DNA of 64,000 nucleotides from Phycisphaeraceae bacterium. Lineage in GTDB: Bacteria > Planctomycetota > Phycisphaerae > Phycisphaerales > Phycisphaeraceae. The stretch covers positions 1,664,001 through 1,728,000 of the forward strand of contig OY771506.1 of the NCBI GenBank assembly GCA_963674705.1, read 5' to 3'. The translations under genes were made by a program, and so were the position numbers. Shown here in pieces: positions 10,319 to 20,367 of the stretch; within the stretch, counting starts at the first letter, position 1, and each line of letters starts with the position of its first letter. The notes under the pieces were generated by a model. That model saw only the letters and a program-made list of their open reading frames with translations, did not search any database and was not told the DNA's origin.

Positions 10319-10867
10319 TTAGCGGCCGAATCTTGTCAGCGCGTTGATGTCGGGTTCGCGGCCTTCGAGCAGGTCGACGAGGACCTGGAAGATCGCATCG
10401 GCCGGCGGCGGGCAACCGGGCAGGTAGATGTCGACGTCGATGACCTCGTGGATGGGCTTTGCCTTGGGCAATAGCGGCGGGAGGTAGCTGGCCGGTGGCT
10501 TGCGATCTTTGGGTGTCGAGGCGTTTTCGACGTACGCACGTTCGAGCAGGACGGCCGGCTTGAACGGGTTACGCATCGCCGGGACGTTGCCCGTCACCGC
10601 GCAGTCACCGAGCGAGATCACGAGCTTGCTGCGCTGCCGGATGATCTGTGCTTTGTGCAGGTCTTCTTCGCTGGAGACGGCGCCCTCGACGAGGGTGACA
10701 TCCACATCGTGCGGGAAGTCTTTGGGGTCGACGATAGGCGAGTGGACGATGTCCACGAGTCCGGCGAGGGCGATCAACCGCTCGTCGATATCCAGGAAAG
10801 ACATATGGCAACCCGAGCAGCCATCGAGCCAGACGGTTGCGACTTTGGGTTTGGCTTTGTCAGACAT
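10319..10867 (-). CDS. hoxY: [NiFe] hydrogenase small subunit
   Basis: WLDGCSGCHMS, LGDCAVTGNV, LPGCPP. Confidence 0.95.
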   Translation of the reverse strand: MSDKAKPKVATVWLDGCSGCHMSFLDIDERLIALAGLVDIVHSPIVDPKDFPHDVDVTLVEGAVSSEEDLHKAQIIRQRSKLVISLGDCAVTGNVPAMRNPFKPAVLLERAYVENASTPKDRKPPASYLPPLLPKAKPIHEVIDVDIYLPGCPPPADAIFQVLVDLLEGREPDINALTRFGR

Positions 10868-11598
10868 TAATCATCCTCCCGCATGAGGGACAGGTAAGGC
10901 AGGAACTTACGGCGTTTGGCCATTTCACCGGCGCTGGTGCCCTTCTCGGTCAGCGCGCCGGTCGGGCAGACGTGCACACACTTGCTGCAACTGGTACAGG
11001 TGTCGCTGTTGCCCCATGGCATGTTCAGATCGTTGACGACCATGCAGTCGATGCCTCGACCCATGATGTCCTTGGTGTGAGCGCCTTCGATTTCGTCGCA
11101 GACCCGCACGCAGCGCGAGCAGAGGATGCAGCGGTTGTGATCGAGGCGGAACTGGCTGTGCGAGCTGTCGACGGTGAGGCTCGGGTAGCGGTACGGCACG
11201 TGGACGTGCGTGACACCGAGCTTGGTCGCCATGGATTGCAGGTCGCAGTTGCCGTTGGAGACGCAGACGCTGCAGACGTGGTTGCGTTCGGCGAACATCA
11301 ACTCAAGGATGGTCTTGCGATACGCTTCCAATCGCGGCGAGTGCGTGAGCACTTCCATCTGCTGGTAGCAGGCGGTGGTGCATGCCGGCATGAGTCTGCC
11401 TTGGGGCAGGACCTCAACGAGGCAGAGGCGGCAGCCGCCCCAGGCGCTGAGGCCTTCCATGTAGCAGAGCGCGGGGATTTCGATGCCGTTTTCCTTCGCG
11501 ACCTGCAACACCGTCTGGTCCGCCTGCGCGGTGACGTCGGTGTCATTGATCTTGATCGTGAAGGTTTCGGGATGGTGGACGACGCTTTTTGGACTCAT
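10867..11598 (-). CDS. hoxU: Diaphorase Fe-S subunit
   Basis: IPALC...[46 protein letters not shown]. Confidence 0.95.
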   Translation of the reverse strand: MSPKSVVHHPETFTIKINDTDVTAQADQTVLQVAKENGIEIPALCYMEGLSAWGGCRLCLVEVLPQGRLMPACTTACYQQMEVLTHSPRLEAYRKTILELMFAERNHVCSVCVSNGNCDLQSMATKLGVTHVHVPYRYPSLTVDSSHSQFRLDHNRCILCSRCVRVCDEIEGAHTKDIMGRGIDCMVVNDLNMPWGNSDTCTSCSKCVHVCPTGALTEKGTSAGEMAKRRKFLPYLSLMREDD

Positions 11599-13247
11599 GA
11601 CTTCACCTCCGCGGCTTTCGTGGCCGCCGCGCCCTTGCCGTTACCCGACGGGGAAACCAGCCGTTCGGTGTATTCGTGTTCGAAGTATCGGAGTGTGCTG
11701 AGCACGGGGTTCGGCGCGGTCTGGCCCAGGCCGCATAGGCTGGTGTGCTTGACCACGTCGCACAGTTCCTTAAGCAGGTCGAGGTCTTTTTGTGTGGCCT
11801 CGCCCTTGTAGATCTTGTCGAGCAGTTCGTACATCTGCCAGGTGCCGACGCGGCAGGGAACGCACTTGCCGCAGGATTCACTCATGCAGAATTCCATGAA
11901 GAACTTGGCGACGTCGACCATGTTGGACGTTTCGTCCATGACGATCATGCCGCCGGAGCCCATGATGGAGCCGACCTCGGCGAGTGATTCGTAGTCGACG
12001 TTCATGTCGAGGAACTGGTCGGGGATGCAGCCGCCGGAGGGTCCGCCGGTCTGTACGGCCTTGAGCTTGCGGCCGTCGGACACGCCGCCACCGATGTCGA
12101 AGATGATGTCGCGTAGTCTCATGCCCATGGGGACTTCGATCAGGCCGGTGTTGTTGATGCTGCCGGCGAGAGCGAAGACCTTGGTGCCCTTGCTCTTTTC
12201 GGTGCCGATGGAGGCGTACCATTCGCCGCCCTCGCGAACGATGGCGGGGATGTTGGAGAGTGTTTCGACGTTGTTGATACAGGTGGGCTTGCCGAACAGG
12301 CCGACGTTCGCCGGGTAAGGCGGACGCGGTCGTGGCTGGCCGCGTTTACCTTCGATCGAAGCGATCAGCGCGGTTTCTTCGCCGCAGACGAAGGCGCCTG
12401 CACCGAGGCGGATTTCGATATCGAAGTTGAACGGTGTGCCGCAGATGCCTCGGCCGAGTACGCCGGCGCGGGCCGCCTGCTTGATCGCGAGCTTCAGGCG
12501 TTTGATGGCGAGCGGGTATTCGGCTCGTACGTAGATGTAGCCCTGGTCTGCGCCGACGGCGTAGGCACAGATGGCCATGCCTTCGAGCAGACGGTGTGGG
12601 TCGCTTTCCAAGACGGCACGGTCCATGAACGCGCCGGGGTCGCCTTCGTCAGCGTTACAGATGACGTACTTCTGCTCGCTGCTGTTCTTGGCGACGTTGG
12701 ACCACTTCAGGCCGGTCGGGTAACCGCCGCCGCCACGGCCACGCAGCCCGCTGGTCTTCACCTCTTCGCGGACGTCGTGAGGCGTCATCTCGGTCAGGGC
12801 ATGTGCCAGGGCGCTGTAGCCGCCGACCGCGATGTAGTCTTCGATGCGTTCCGGGTCGATCCGGCCGGAGTTCTCGAGGACGACGCGTTTCTGCTTGGTG
12901 AAGAACGGGACGTCGGTCGGGCAGACGAGGCGGTCGACGGGCTTGCCGCCGACGCTCTTAGCGATGTCCTTCGCGTCATCGGGTGTGACGTTCTGGTACA
13001 TGGTTTCCTTACCGTCTACATCGACGGAAACAAGCGGGCCGGCGGAGCAGAGGCCCATGCAGCCGACGCACTTGACCTTGCAGTCTTCCTTGCCTTCGGC
13101 CTTGAGGGACTCTTCGAGTTTCTCGACGACCTGGTCGGCCTGCGAGGAGAGGCAGCTTGCTGCCATGCAGACGCGGACGGTCTTCTTGTTTTGTTTCGCG
13201 GCGGCCGCTTCTTTGTCGGCCAAGGCTTTGAGTTCATCAGGAGTCAT
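11595..13247 (-). CDS. hoxF: Diaphorase NAD/FMN-binding subunit (NuoF-like)
   Basis: [47 protein letters not shown]-terminal thioredoxin-like 2Fe-2S domain. Confidence 0.95.
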   Translation of the reverse strand: MTPDELKALADKEAAAAKQNKKTVRVCMAASCLSSQADQVVEKLEESLKAEGKEDCKVKCVGCMGLCSAGPLVSVDVDGKETMYQNVTPDDAKDIAKSVGGKPVDRLVCPTDVPFFTKQKRVVLENSGRIDPERIEDYIAVGGYSALAHALTEMTPHDVREEVKTSGLRGRGGGGYPTGLKWSNVAKNSSEQKYVICNADEGDPGAFMDRAVLESDPHRLLEGMAICAYAVGADQGYIYVRAEYPLAIKRLKLAIKQAARAGVLGRGICGTPFNFDIEIRLGAGAFVCGEETALIASIEGKRGQPRPRPPYPANVGLFGKPTCINNVETLSNIPAIVREGGEWYASIGTEKSKGTKVFALAGSINNTGLIEVPMGMRLRDIIFDIGGGVSDGRKLKAVQTGGPSGGCIPDQFLDMNVDYESLAEVGSIMGSGGMIVMDETSNMVDVAKFFMEFCMSESCGKCVPCRVGTWQMYELLDKIYKGEATQKDLDLLKELCDVVKHTSLCGLGQTAPNPVLSTLRYFEHEYTERLVSPSGNGKGAAATKAAEVKS

Positions 13248-13747
13248 TTGGCCACCAACCCTTCGATCTTGCTCATCATGTTTTCAGGTGTCACCTTGCC
13301 GGAGACCTCACCGTCGAAGACGACGGCCGGCGCCAGGCCGCACGCACCGACGCAGCGGGCACACATGAGTGAGACCTCGCCGTCTTCGGTGGTTTCGCCG
13401 GGCTTGATCCCCAACTTCTGTTCCATCGCGTCGATGAGCTTGGGCGCGCCCTTGATGTAGCAGGCGGTTCCCTGGCAGACGACGCAAGTGTGCTTACCCT
13501 TGGGCTTGAGTGTGAAGAAGTGGTAGAAGGTGGCGACGCCGTAGGCTGCACTTAACGGGACGCGTAGGCGTTGGGCGACGAACCGCAGGGCGGTGTCGTC
13601 GATGTAGCCGAAGGCCTCCTGTACGGTGTGCAGTGTTTCGATCAGCGCATGTCGATTGAGCCCGTTGCGGCGTGCGGTGCCGTCAACGATGCGCCAGCGT
13701 TTGTCATCGCTGGGTAGATCGACCTTGGGTTTTGGGATCGCTGCCAT
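13244..13747 (-). CDS. hoxE: Diaphorase 2Fe-2S subunit (NuoE-like)
   Basis: [30 protein letters not shown]. Confidence 0.95.
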   Translation of the reverse strand: MAAIPKPKVDLPSDDKRWRIVDGTARRNGLNRHALIETLHTVQEAFGYIDDTALRFVAQRLRVPLSAAYGVATFYHFFTLKPKGKHTCVVCQGTACYIKGAPKLIDAMEQKLGIKPGETTEDGEVSLMCARCVGACGLAPAVVFDGEVSGKVTPENMMSKIEGLVAK

Positions 13748-14307
13748 GATCAGCTCTCGTATAAACGGTCATAGACAAAAATCGCCCCCCGATGGGGCAA
13801 CCGCGTCTCGACGTATTGGTATAGGTCGAGTGCGCGGGACAGTTAACGTTATCGGACGGATAAGGTGCGTCGCGAAGCGTCCGCAACGGGCGCGGGTATA
13901 CGGGTGTTGGGATTCGCGAACGGCAGGCATTATCACGGGCCCTTCGACAAACAACTCCAGTGGGTCAAGAATAGAAGATAGCGGGCTCCGAAGAGTTTGT
14001 AAACACGACGTCGGCTGAATGTACGGCGGGTTTTAGGCGGCAGCAAGTATCCACAAATAATGTATTTATGAATTTGAGAATCAGTTGCAAAAACAAGGAT
14101 GAGATTGGCTTTTGATCGTTGTTTTGAAGTGCGTGCGGGGCAGGATTTATATAGATATGGGCGGGAATTTGTGGGCGGGGTGTGGGGATTTGGGGGTTGG
14201 GGTGTCTGATGGGGAAGACTGTGGGTTGATTTATATGTGAACGGGGATAAAGGACCGCAAGTGTGAGTGTATTACACGACTGCCCGCGTTGCGTTGTGAT
14301 GTGGCTA

Positions 14308-14631
14308 TCACGAGAAAGCGATACGGGCGATTAGGAGAAGGACCAGCAAGGTCAGGTATATGGCTGACAAGGTGTTCAGGATCAGCCCCGCGAGGCCATG
14401 TGTGATGTTTCCTTTGCTTGTCAGGCAATGGATGCTCTTTGTGTATCCGAAAACAATAAAGCCCATAAAACCGAGCAACTGGATCAGGTCAAAGATCAGG
14501 AATATGGATCGGGAAGTGTCGGCGCTGGATATCTGGGATGCAAGGGCGCCGAGCAGCAACAGGTACAGGCATCCTGCTAAGGGTGCATGCCAAGCGAGAT
14601 GGGGGCTGTCGATGGAACGTGATGGGTCCAT
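14308..14631 (-). CDS. Small membrane protein (three TM segments)
   Basis: Three hydrophobic stretches; fills the gap between two repeats. Confidence 0.55.
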   Translation of the reverse strand: MDPSRSIDSPHLAWHAPLAGCLYLLLLGALASQISSADTSRSIFLIFDLIQLLGFMGFIVFGYTKSIHCLTSKGNITHGLAGLILNTLSAIYLTLLVLLLIARIAFS

Positions 14632-14693
14632 TGTGTCATTCTATATGTTACCTAGGCCAAGCACGGCTAAGACTTGTTGATTCTATCAACATC

Positions 14694-14818
14694 AGAAGTC
14701 TTCAAGCACAAGCCACCCGGCCCTCACCCTAACCCTCTGCCGCCCCCGGAATAGGGAGAGGGGACCGGAAGTGGACGCGTTTGAAACGACTGCCCGCGTT
14801 GCGTCGCAACGCGGCTAT
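14694..14818. repeat. Composite repeat: family A right half plus REP-like family B hairpin
   Basis: AGAAGTCTT...CCGGCCCTCACCCTAACCCTCT...GGGAGAGGGGACCGG, then AACGACTGCCCGCGTTGCGTCGCAACGCGGCTA. Confidence 0.85.
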
Positions 14819-14898
14819 TAAGGAGTTGGTTACATCCGGTCTTCATAAGCGTATATCGCTATCATGAAGATGGTTGTCGAGTATTTCTGGAGCCGGGT

Positions 14899-15345
14899 AT
14901 GTCATTTAAAACCAAAGTGAAACGGTGTGTCGTCGGCATGGTCGCGGTGATGATGTTGTTGGGTGCGGGGTGTGATGGGCGTTCTGCTTCATCAACCCAA
15001 TCGACTAACACGGCATCGCTCAAGACGAAGCACGTGGTGGACCTGACGCCTGAAGCGGCGCGTGAATTTAAGAAGCAGCTTTCATCGAGCGGCCTGTCGG
15101 AAGGGGCCTATCTGCGCGTTGCGGTCCATAAGTCGGGGGATGATACATGCGCGTTTACCTATGCACTTGATATCACTGAGGACGTTGATCCGGATCATGA
15201 CTGGTACAGCGAATCAGAAGGGGTGCGCATTCTCGTTGATGCTGCCAGCGAGCCTTACCTGAACGGTGCGACGATTGACTATCTTGTGTCGGAAGAGGGG
15301 AAGGGTTTTTCGTTTGATAATCCGAACGCGGAGAAGGCTGAGTAG
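14899..15345 (+). CDS. HesB/IscA-fold protein with a lipoprotein signal; lacks the C-terminal CGCG motif
   Basis: VDLTPEAA, YLRVAV, YALDI, ESEGVRILVDAASEPYLNGATIDY, GFSFDNPNA; lipobox LGAGC. Confidence 0.8.
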   Translation: MSFKTKVKRCVVGMVAVMMLLGAGCDGRSASSTQSTNTASLKTKHVVDLTPEAAREFKKQLSSSGLSEGAYLRVAVHKSGDDTCAFTYALDITEDVDPDHDWYSESEGVRILVDAASEPYLNGATIDYLVSEEGKGFSFDNPNAEKAE

Positions 15346-15389
15346 CGGTGGGCGGAGGGGGTAATTGGATTCATTCGGCGTTCATTATC

Positions 15390-15501
15390 AAGTTCGTGCA
15401 CACAATCCATCCGGCCCTCACCCTAACCCTCTCCCGTGGGGAGAGGGGACCGGAATTGTTCGTATTGTAAACGACTGCCCGCATTGCGTCGCAACGCGGC
15501 T
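15390..15501. repeat. Composite repeat A+B, second copy
   Basis: CACAATCCATCCGGCCCTCACCCTAACCCTCTCCCGTGGGGAGAGGGGACCGG...AACGACTGCCCGCATTGCGTCGCAACGCGGCT. Confidence 0.85.
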
Positions 15502-15583
15502 GGAATCGAAAAAGTTACATCCGGTCTTCATAAGCGCATATCGCTAACATGAAGATGGTTGTTGAGGTTTTCTGGAGCCGGGT

Positions 15584-16030
15584 ATGTCATTTAGTAACAA
15601 GGTAAAACAGTGCGTCGTAGGGATGGTTTCGCGTATGAAGTTGTTGTTTGCGGGGCGGGGTGGGCGTTCTGCTTCATCAAATCAATCGGTTAACTCGGTG
15701 TCGCTTAGGTCGAAGCACATGGTGGATCTGACGCCGAGAGCAGCGTGTGAGTTTAAGAGGCTGATTTCATCGTGTGGCTTGTCGGGAGACATTTATCTGC
15801 GGATTGTGGTCGATAAGACAATGAGTAATACGGGTGAATACTCTTATGCACTTGATATTACCAACTACGTTTATCCGGATAATGACTGGTACTGCGAATC
15901 AGAGGGTGTACGTATCGTGGTCGATTCTGTCAGTGAGTTGCGCCTGAACGGTGCGATGATAGATTATGTGGTCATGGATGGAAGGCCCGGATTCCTGTTT
16001 GATAATCCGAATGCGAAGGCGGTTGAGTAG
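15584..16030 (+). CDS. HesB/IscA-fold protein, tandem paralog of 14899-15345
   Basis: Same length (148 aa) and collinear, 685 bp offset. The lipobox Cys is replaced (FAGRG). Confidence 0.75.
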   Translation: MSFSNKVKQCVVGMVSRMKLLFAGRGGRSASSNQSVNSVSLRSKHMVDLTPRAACEFKRLISSCGLSGDIYLRIVVDKTMSNTGEYSYALDITNYVYPDNDWYCESEGVRIVVDSVSELRLNGAMIDYVVMDGRPGFLFDNPNAKAVE

Positions 16031-16084
16031 CGGTGGGCAGAGGGGGTAGTTGGATTCATTCAGCGTTCATTATCAAGTTCGTAC

Positions 16085-16198
16085 TCACAATCAATCCGGC
16101 CCTCACCCTAACCCTACTCCGGGGGCTCCCGCGGGGAGAGGGGACTGGAGTTGTTCGCGTTTGAAACGACTGCCCGCGTTGCGTCGCAACGCGGCTAT
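16085..16198. repeat. Composite repeat A+B, third copy
   Basis: Same arm with a small insertion, followed by a B hairpin identical to 14785-14818. Confidence 0.85.
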
Positions 16199-16233
16199 TA
16201 AAAACCAGTTGTTATTGACACAAAATTTGTTCA

Positions 16234-17124
16234 TCAGGAAGCGGTGATCTGGTTGATCAGGTACCGCCCCACTTTGTGGTTGTATGTAAGCAGATCGTCG
16301 AGCAGTTCCATGGGGATGCGTCTTATGGCTTGATGGACTTCAAATGCGAACGGCCCGCGGAATTGGATTTCTTTTAAGGCTGAGCAGACGGCGTTCCAGT
16401 CGACGGCTGGGGAGGTGATGCTGAAGGGTAGGACGTGGTCGTCGCGGTCGGGGCCGGACTTGGTTTCCTGGATGTGGATGGCTTTGAGGCGGTGGCCGAG
16501 GGTGGTGATACCCTGGTATTGGTTTTGGTTGTTGATGTGGGCGTGGCCGGTGTCCCAGCAGGCGCCGATGAGGGGGTGGTTGATCTGGTCGATCAGGGCG
16601 CACTGTTCATCGGGGGCGGCGGCGATGTAGTGGGGGCTGTTTTTGTTCTGGGCGTAGTAGTCGAAGATGTTTTCGATGGCGACACCGACGTTGTACTTTT
16701 CGCAAGTCTCGATGAGCGAGCGGAAGAAGTCGGTATTGGTTTTGAACATGTGGGCGCGGTGTTCGGGGCCGCCGTCGCCGGGGCAGACGTCGGGGTGGAG
16801 GACCATCCAGGGGATGCCGAGGCGGCCGCAGACTTTCAGGGCGTGGTGGCAGCCCTGGCGGGATTGCTGGGCGTCAGAGTCGGTGTTGAACATCTCGAAG
16901 AACGGGCCGTGTGCCTGGACCCATTCGAGGCCGGCGTCTTTGGCCCATTGGTTGCGCTGGTCGGCCCAGGCGAAGGCGGCGGCATCGTCGGACCAATCGA
17001 CATCATCGACGAACTTGTAGAACGGCAGGTCGATGCCATCGAAGCCGGCGCGGGCGAGTGCGGCGAAAAGCTGGGGCTCGGTGACGTTGTCGGGGCGGAT
17101 GTTGGTGCTGGTGGCGATCTTCAT
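16234..17124 (-). CDS. Sugar phosphate isomerase/epimerase (xylose isomerase-like TIM barrel)
   Basis: AGFDGID, VAIEN, CWDTGHAH, AIHIQE, DDHVLP, FEV. Confidence 0.88.
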   Translation of the reverse strand: MKIATSTNIRPDNVTEPQLFAALARAGFDGIDLPFYKFVDDVDWSDDAAAFAWADQRNQWAKDAGLEWVQAHGPFFEMFNTDSDAQQSRQGCHHALKVCGRLGIPWMVLHPDVCPGDGGPEHRAHMFKTNTDFFRSLIETCEKYNVGVAIENIFDYYAQNKNSPHYIAAAPDEQCALIDQINHPLIGACWDTGHAHINNQNQYQGITTLGHRLKAIHIQETKSGPDRDDHVLPFSITSPAVDWNAVCSALKEIQFRGPFAFEVHQAIRRIPMELLDDLLTYNHKVGRYLINQITAS

Positions 17125-17146
17125 GGGGACTCACTTATTGGGATTA

Positions 17147-17368
17147 GCCGCGAATGAACGTAGCAGGATTTTTAGCCGCAAATGAACGCTAATGGACGCG
17201 AATGAAGGGGGTGTGGTTGGTGGTTAGTAGTTGGTCATCAAATCATCGAACCTGGTTCCTCAGCTTGAAGTTTTCCAATCCCCAATCCCTAACCCCCAAA
17301 TCTTAATTCGCGTTGATTGGCGTTCATTTGCGGCTAAACATCTTCGCGGCCTTCGCGCCTTCGCGGTT
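17147..17368. repeat. Nested inverted short-tandem-repeat element (10-mer, 7-mer and 9-mer units)
   Basis: TAGCCGCAAATGAACGCTAATGGACGCGAAT / ATTCGCGTTGATTGGCGTTCATTTGCGGCTA encloses G-rich and CCAATCC heptamers, followed by CTTCGCGGC CTTCGCGC CTTCGCGGT. Confidence 0.75.
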
Positions 17369-17510
17369 GGCTGGTTTTCCACAGATTATCGGCCTTTGTA
17401 GCGGGGGAGGGGTTTTGTCGCAAAGCGGGGCGGGATGCCGATAAAAGTTAACCGTTGCGCGGTGAGTCTGCGCGACGTAAGACCGTGTTGAATCAAGGAC
17501 TAGGAACATC

Positions 17511-20249
17511 ATGGCGAAGAAGTCACGCAAGAAGCAAGAGGACCCGAAGGCGTTGTATCTGGCGATCCTGTGGGCGGTGGTCGCGGGGCTGTGGCTGCTG
17601 GTGGCGGCGTCGCTGGCGAGTTATGACGCGGCGGACCCGCCGGCGCATGCGTACGGCGTGCCGAATGAGACGATCCACAACTGGGTGGGCAATGTCGGTG
17701 CGTTGATCTCGCACAAGCTATACCTGATGGCTGGGCCCGGTGTGTGGGTGATGCTGCTGGGTATCGGCGTGATGCTGGTGATGACGGGGATGGGCAAGCA
17801 GATCACGCAGCTATCGATCCGTCTGATCGGGCTGGTTGTGATGTCGGTGAGTATCAGCGCGCTGGTGAGTGTTGCGGTGCCGACGGTGGTGCATGGGTAT
17901 AGCGGCGCGCCGCAGGGGCCGGGCGGGTTGCTTGCGCAGTTGATTGATGATCAGTTGACGATGCGATTTGCTGTGCCGGGGACGGTGATGATCCTGGTGG
18001 TGTGCTTCTGGGTGGGTGCGGTGCTTGCGGCGGACCAGTGGGTGCTTGCGGCGCCGAAGGCGCTGGGCGGTGCGATCCTGAAGCTGACGCATGTGCAGTT
18101 GCCGAACGTTCGCATGCCGCAGTTGGCCGGGCGATTCCCGACGATGACATTGCCTTGGGGACGCGGCACGGCTGAAGCGGATCGTGACAGCAAGAAGAGC
18201 GGCAAGAGCAAGCGTTCGCACAAGAGCAAGGAACTGGTGATCAACGAAGACACCGGCGGGCTGGGCGCGACCGAATCGTTCGGCCTGGAAGAAGAGCCGG
18301 AGCTTTACGAAGAGGACGAGTACGAAGAAGAGGAATACGAAGAGGAAGAGCCGGAGGAAGAAGAAGCGGCTGAGGAGGAAGTTGAAGAAGAGGTTGCCGA
18401 CGCGGGCAAGGCGAAGAAGAAGCAGTTCACGACGGAGCAGTTGCGTGCGAAGATGCAGCAGTTGCCGATCAACTTCGCGCCGAAGATGGAAGCGAAGGCC
18501 CCGCCGCCGCGCGAGGTGGACTTGTCGGGTTATGAGTTCCCGGCGATGGATATCCTCATCGAGCCGGAATCGAACTTCACCGAAGAGATGGAGCAGATCG
18601 TCCGCGACCAGGCGTTACAGCTTGAGTCGGCGCTGCAGCAGTATCGGATCGAGGGGAACGTTGTGGGTATCGATTCCGGGCCGGTGATCACGCTGTTTGA
18701 AGTCAGGCTCGCGCCGGGCACGAAGGTGTCGCGCTTGAGCGCGGTGAACAGCGACCTGGCCCGCGCGCTGAAAGCACAGAACATCCGCATCGTGCCGAAC
18801 ATGGCAGGCAAGGACACGGTCGGTATTGAAGTGCCGAACATGAAGAAGGAGCGCGTGCGGCTGAAAGAGCTGATGGGTAATTCGGCTTCGGATTGCCAGA
18901 AGATGAAGCTGCCGATGTTCCTGGGTAAGGATGCCAGCGGTAACCTGCTGATCCAGGACCTGTCGACCATGCCGCACATGTTGATCGCCGGCACGACGGG
19001 CTCGGGCAAGAGCGTGTGCATGAACTCGATCATCATGAGCTTCCTGTTCACGAAGAAGCCGGACGAGTTGAAGCTGGTGCTGGTCGATCCGAAGATGGTC
19101 GAGATGGCGATGTTCAAGAACATCCCGCACCTGATGTGCCCGGTGGTGACGGAGATGAGCAAGGCCGCGGCCATCCTCGAATGGGCCGTGACAAAGATGG
19201 ATGAACGTTACGAACTGCTCGCCGAAGCAGGCGTGCGAGACATCGGCAGCTACAACGAGCTTGGCTGGGAAGAGCTGAAAGAGCGCATGGAGCCGGAGAC
19301 GGAAGAGGAAGAGGCGCGCATCCCGAAGAAGCTGCCTTACATGGTGTTCGTGATCGACGAACTGGCCGACCTGATGATGACCAACAAGGAGATCGAAACC
19401 TCGATCGTGCGTATCGCGCAGAAAGCGCGTGCGGTAGGCATCCACATGATCCTGGCGACGCAGCGTCCGCAGGCGAACGTGGTGACGGGTTTGATCAAGT
19501 CGAACATGCCTTGCCGAATCGCGTTCAAGGTGGCGTCCGGTATGGACTCGCGCATCGTGCTCGACCAGAAGGGTGGCGAGCTGTTGCTGGGCCACGGCGA
19601 CATGCTGTTCCTCTCGCCGCGCTCGAGCAAACTCACACGTGCCCAAGGCACACTCGTCGACGATTCGGAAATCCGCAAGACGGTCAAGTTCCTCAAGACG
19701 ATCTCGCAGCAGAACTTCGAGCCTTCGCTGGTGCAGATCAAGACAGCCGGTGCTATGGGCGGCGAAGCGGATGTGACCGAGCGCGACCCGCTGTTCAACC
19801 AGGCGGTCGACATCGTGATCGAAACGCAGCGTGGCAGCGTGTCGCTGCTTCAGCGTCGATTGACGATCGGATATTCGCGTGCATCACGGCTGATCGAGCA
19901 GATCGCAGCCGCGGGTTTGATCGGCGAATACAAGGGGTCGCAGGCGCGTGAGGTGACGATCACGGCCGAGGAATGGGAAGCGATCAAGGCGCAGGCCGAA
20001 GCCGACGCTGCGGGCCTGCGTCCGCCGGTTGATGAAGAAGAGATTGATGAAGACGCCGACGAAGAAGCCTACGAAGAGAATTCGTACGACGAGGAAGAAG
20101 ACGAATACGAAGATGAAGAGGCCGACGAAGAAGAGGAAGAGGACGAAGAAGACGGCGAATATGAATACGAGGATGAGGATGGCGAAGAGGAAGACGAAGA
20201 AGAGTACGAGTACGAAGATGAAGAGGAAGATGAAGAAGATGAGAATTGA
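17511..20249 (+). CDS. ftsK: DNA translocase FtsK
   Basis: N-terminal 4TM domain, GPVITLFEV, PHMLIAGTTGSGKS, VIDELADLMM, ATQRP, gamma domain GSVSLLQRRLTIGYSRASRLIE. Confidence 0.97.
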   Translation: MAKKSRKKQEDPKALYLAILWAVVAGLWLLVAASLASYDAADPPAHAYGVPNETIHNWVGNVGALISHKLYLMAGPGVWVMLLGIGVMLVMTGMGKQITQLSIRLIGLVVMSVSISALVSVAVPTVVHGYSGAPQGPGGLLAQLIDDQLTMRFAVPGTVMILVVCFWVGAVLAADQWVLAAPKALGGAILKLTHVQLPNVRMPQLAGRFPTMTLPWGRGTAEADRDSKKSGKSKRSHKSKELVINEDTGGLGATESFGLEEEPELYEEDEYEEEEYEEEEPEEEEAAEEEVEEEVADAGKAKKKQFTTEQLRAKMQQLPINFAPKMEAKAPPPREVDLSGYEFPAMDILIEPESNFTEEMEQIVRDQALQLESALQQYRIEGNVVGIDSGPVITLFEVRLAPGTKVSRLSAVNSDLARALKAQNIRIVPNMAGKDTVGIEVPNMKKERVRLKELMGNSASDCQKMKLPMFLGKDASGNLLIQDLSTMPHMLIAGTTGSGKSVCMNSIIMSFLFTKKPDELKLVLVDPKMVEMAMFKNIPHLMCPVVTEMSKAAAILEWAVTKMDERYELLAEAGVRDIGSYNELGWEELKERMEPETEEEEARIPKKLPYMVFVIDELADLMMTNKEIETSIVRIAQKARAVGIHMILATQRPQANVVTGLIKSNMPCRIAFKVASGMDSRIVLDQKGGELLLGHGDMLFLSPRSSKLTRAQGTLVDDSEIRKTVKFLKTISQQNFEPSLVQIKTAGAMGGEADVTERDPLFNQAVDIVIETQRGSVSLLQRRLTIGYSRASRLIEQIAAAGLIGEYKGSQAREVTITAEEWEAIKAQAEADAAGLRPPVDEEEIDEDADEEAYEENSYDEEEDEYEDEEADEEEEEDEEDGEYEYEDEDGEEEDEEEYEYEDEEEDEEDEN

Positions 20250-20367
20250 TCCTTTTTGTATTTAAGTACGGCACAATTTGCCACGACGTAGTCAAGGTGT
20301 GGCGCCCAGCGCCCAGCGGATGACAAGGAAGTAACGATCGTTAATCTGATTTGTTGAGCCGAACCCT

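Noticed and set aside
11595..13747. Complex I nuoEF genes
   Set aside because: They are contiguous with hoxUYH and a maturation protease, and no membrane nuo subunits are present.
14276..16198. CRISPR array or integron attC array
   Set aside because: The spacing is 500-700 bp and contains genes. There is no cas or intI gene, and I saw no clear RYYYAAC...GTTRRRY ends.
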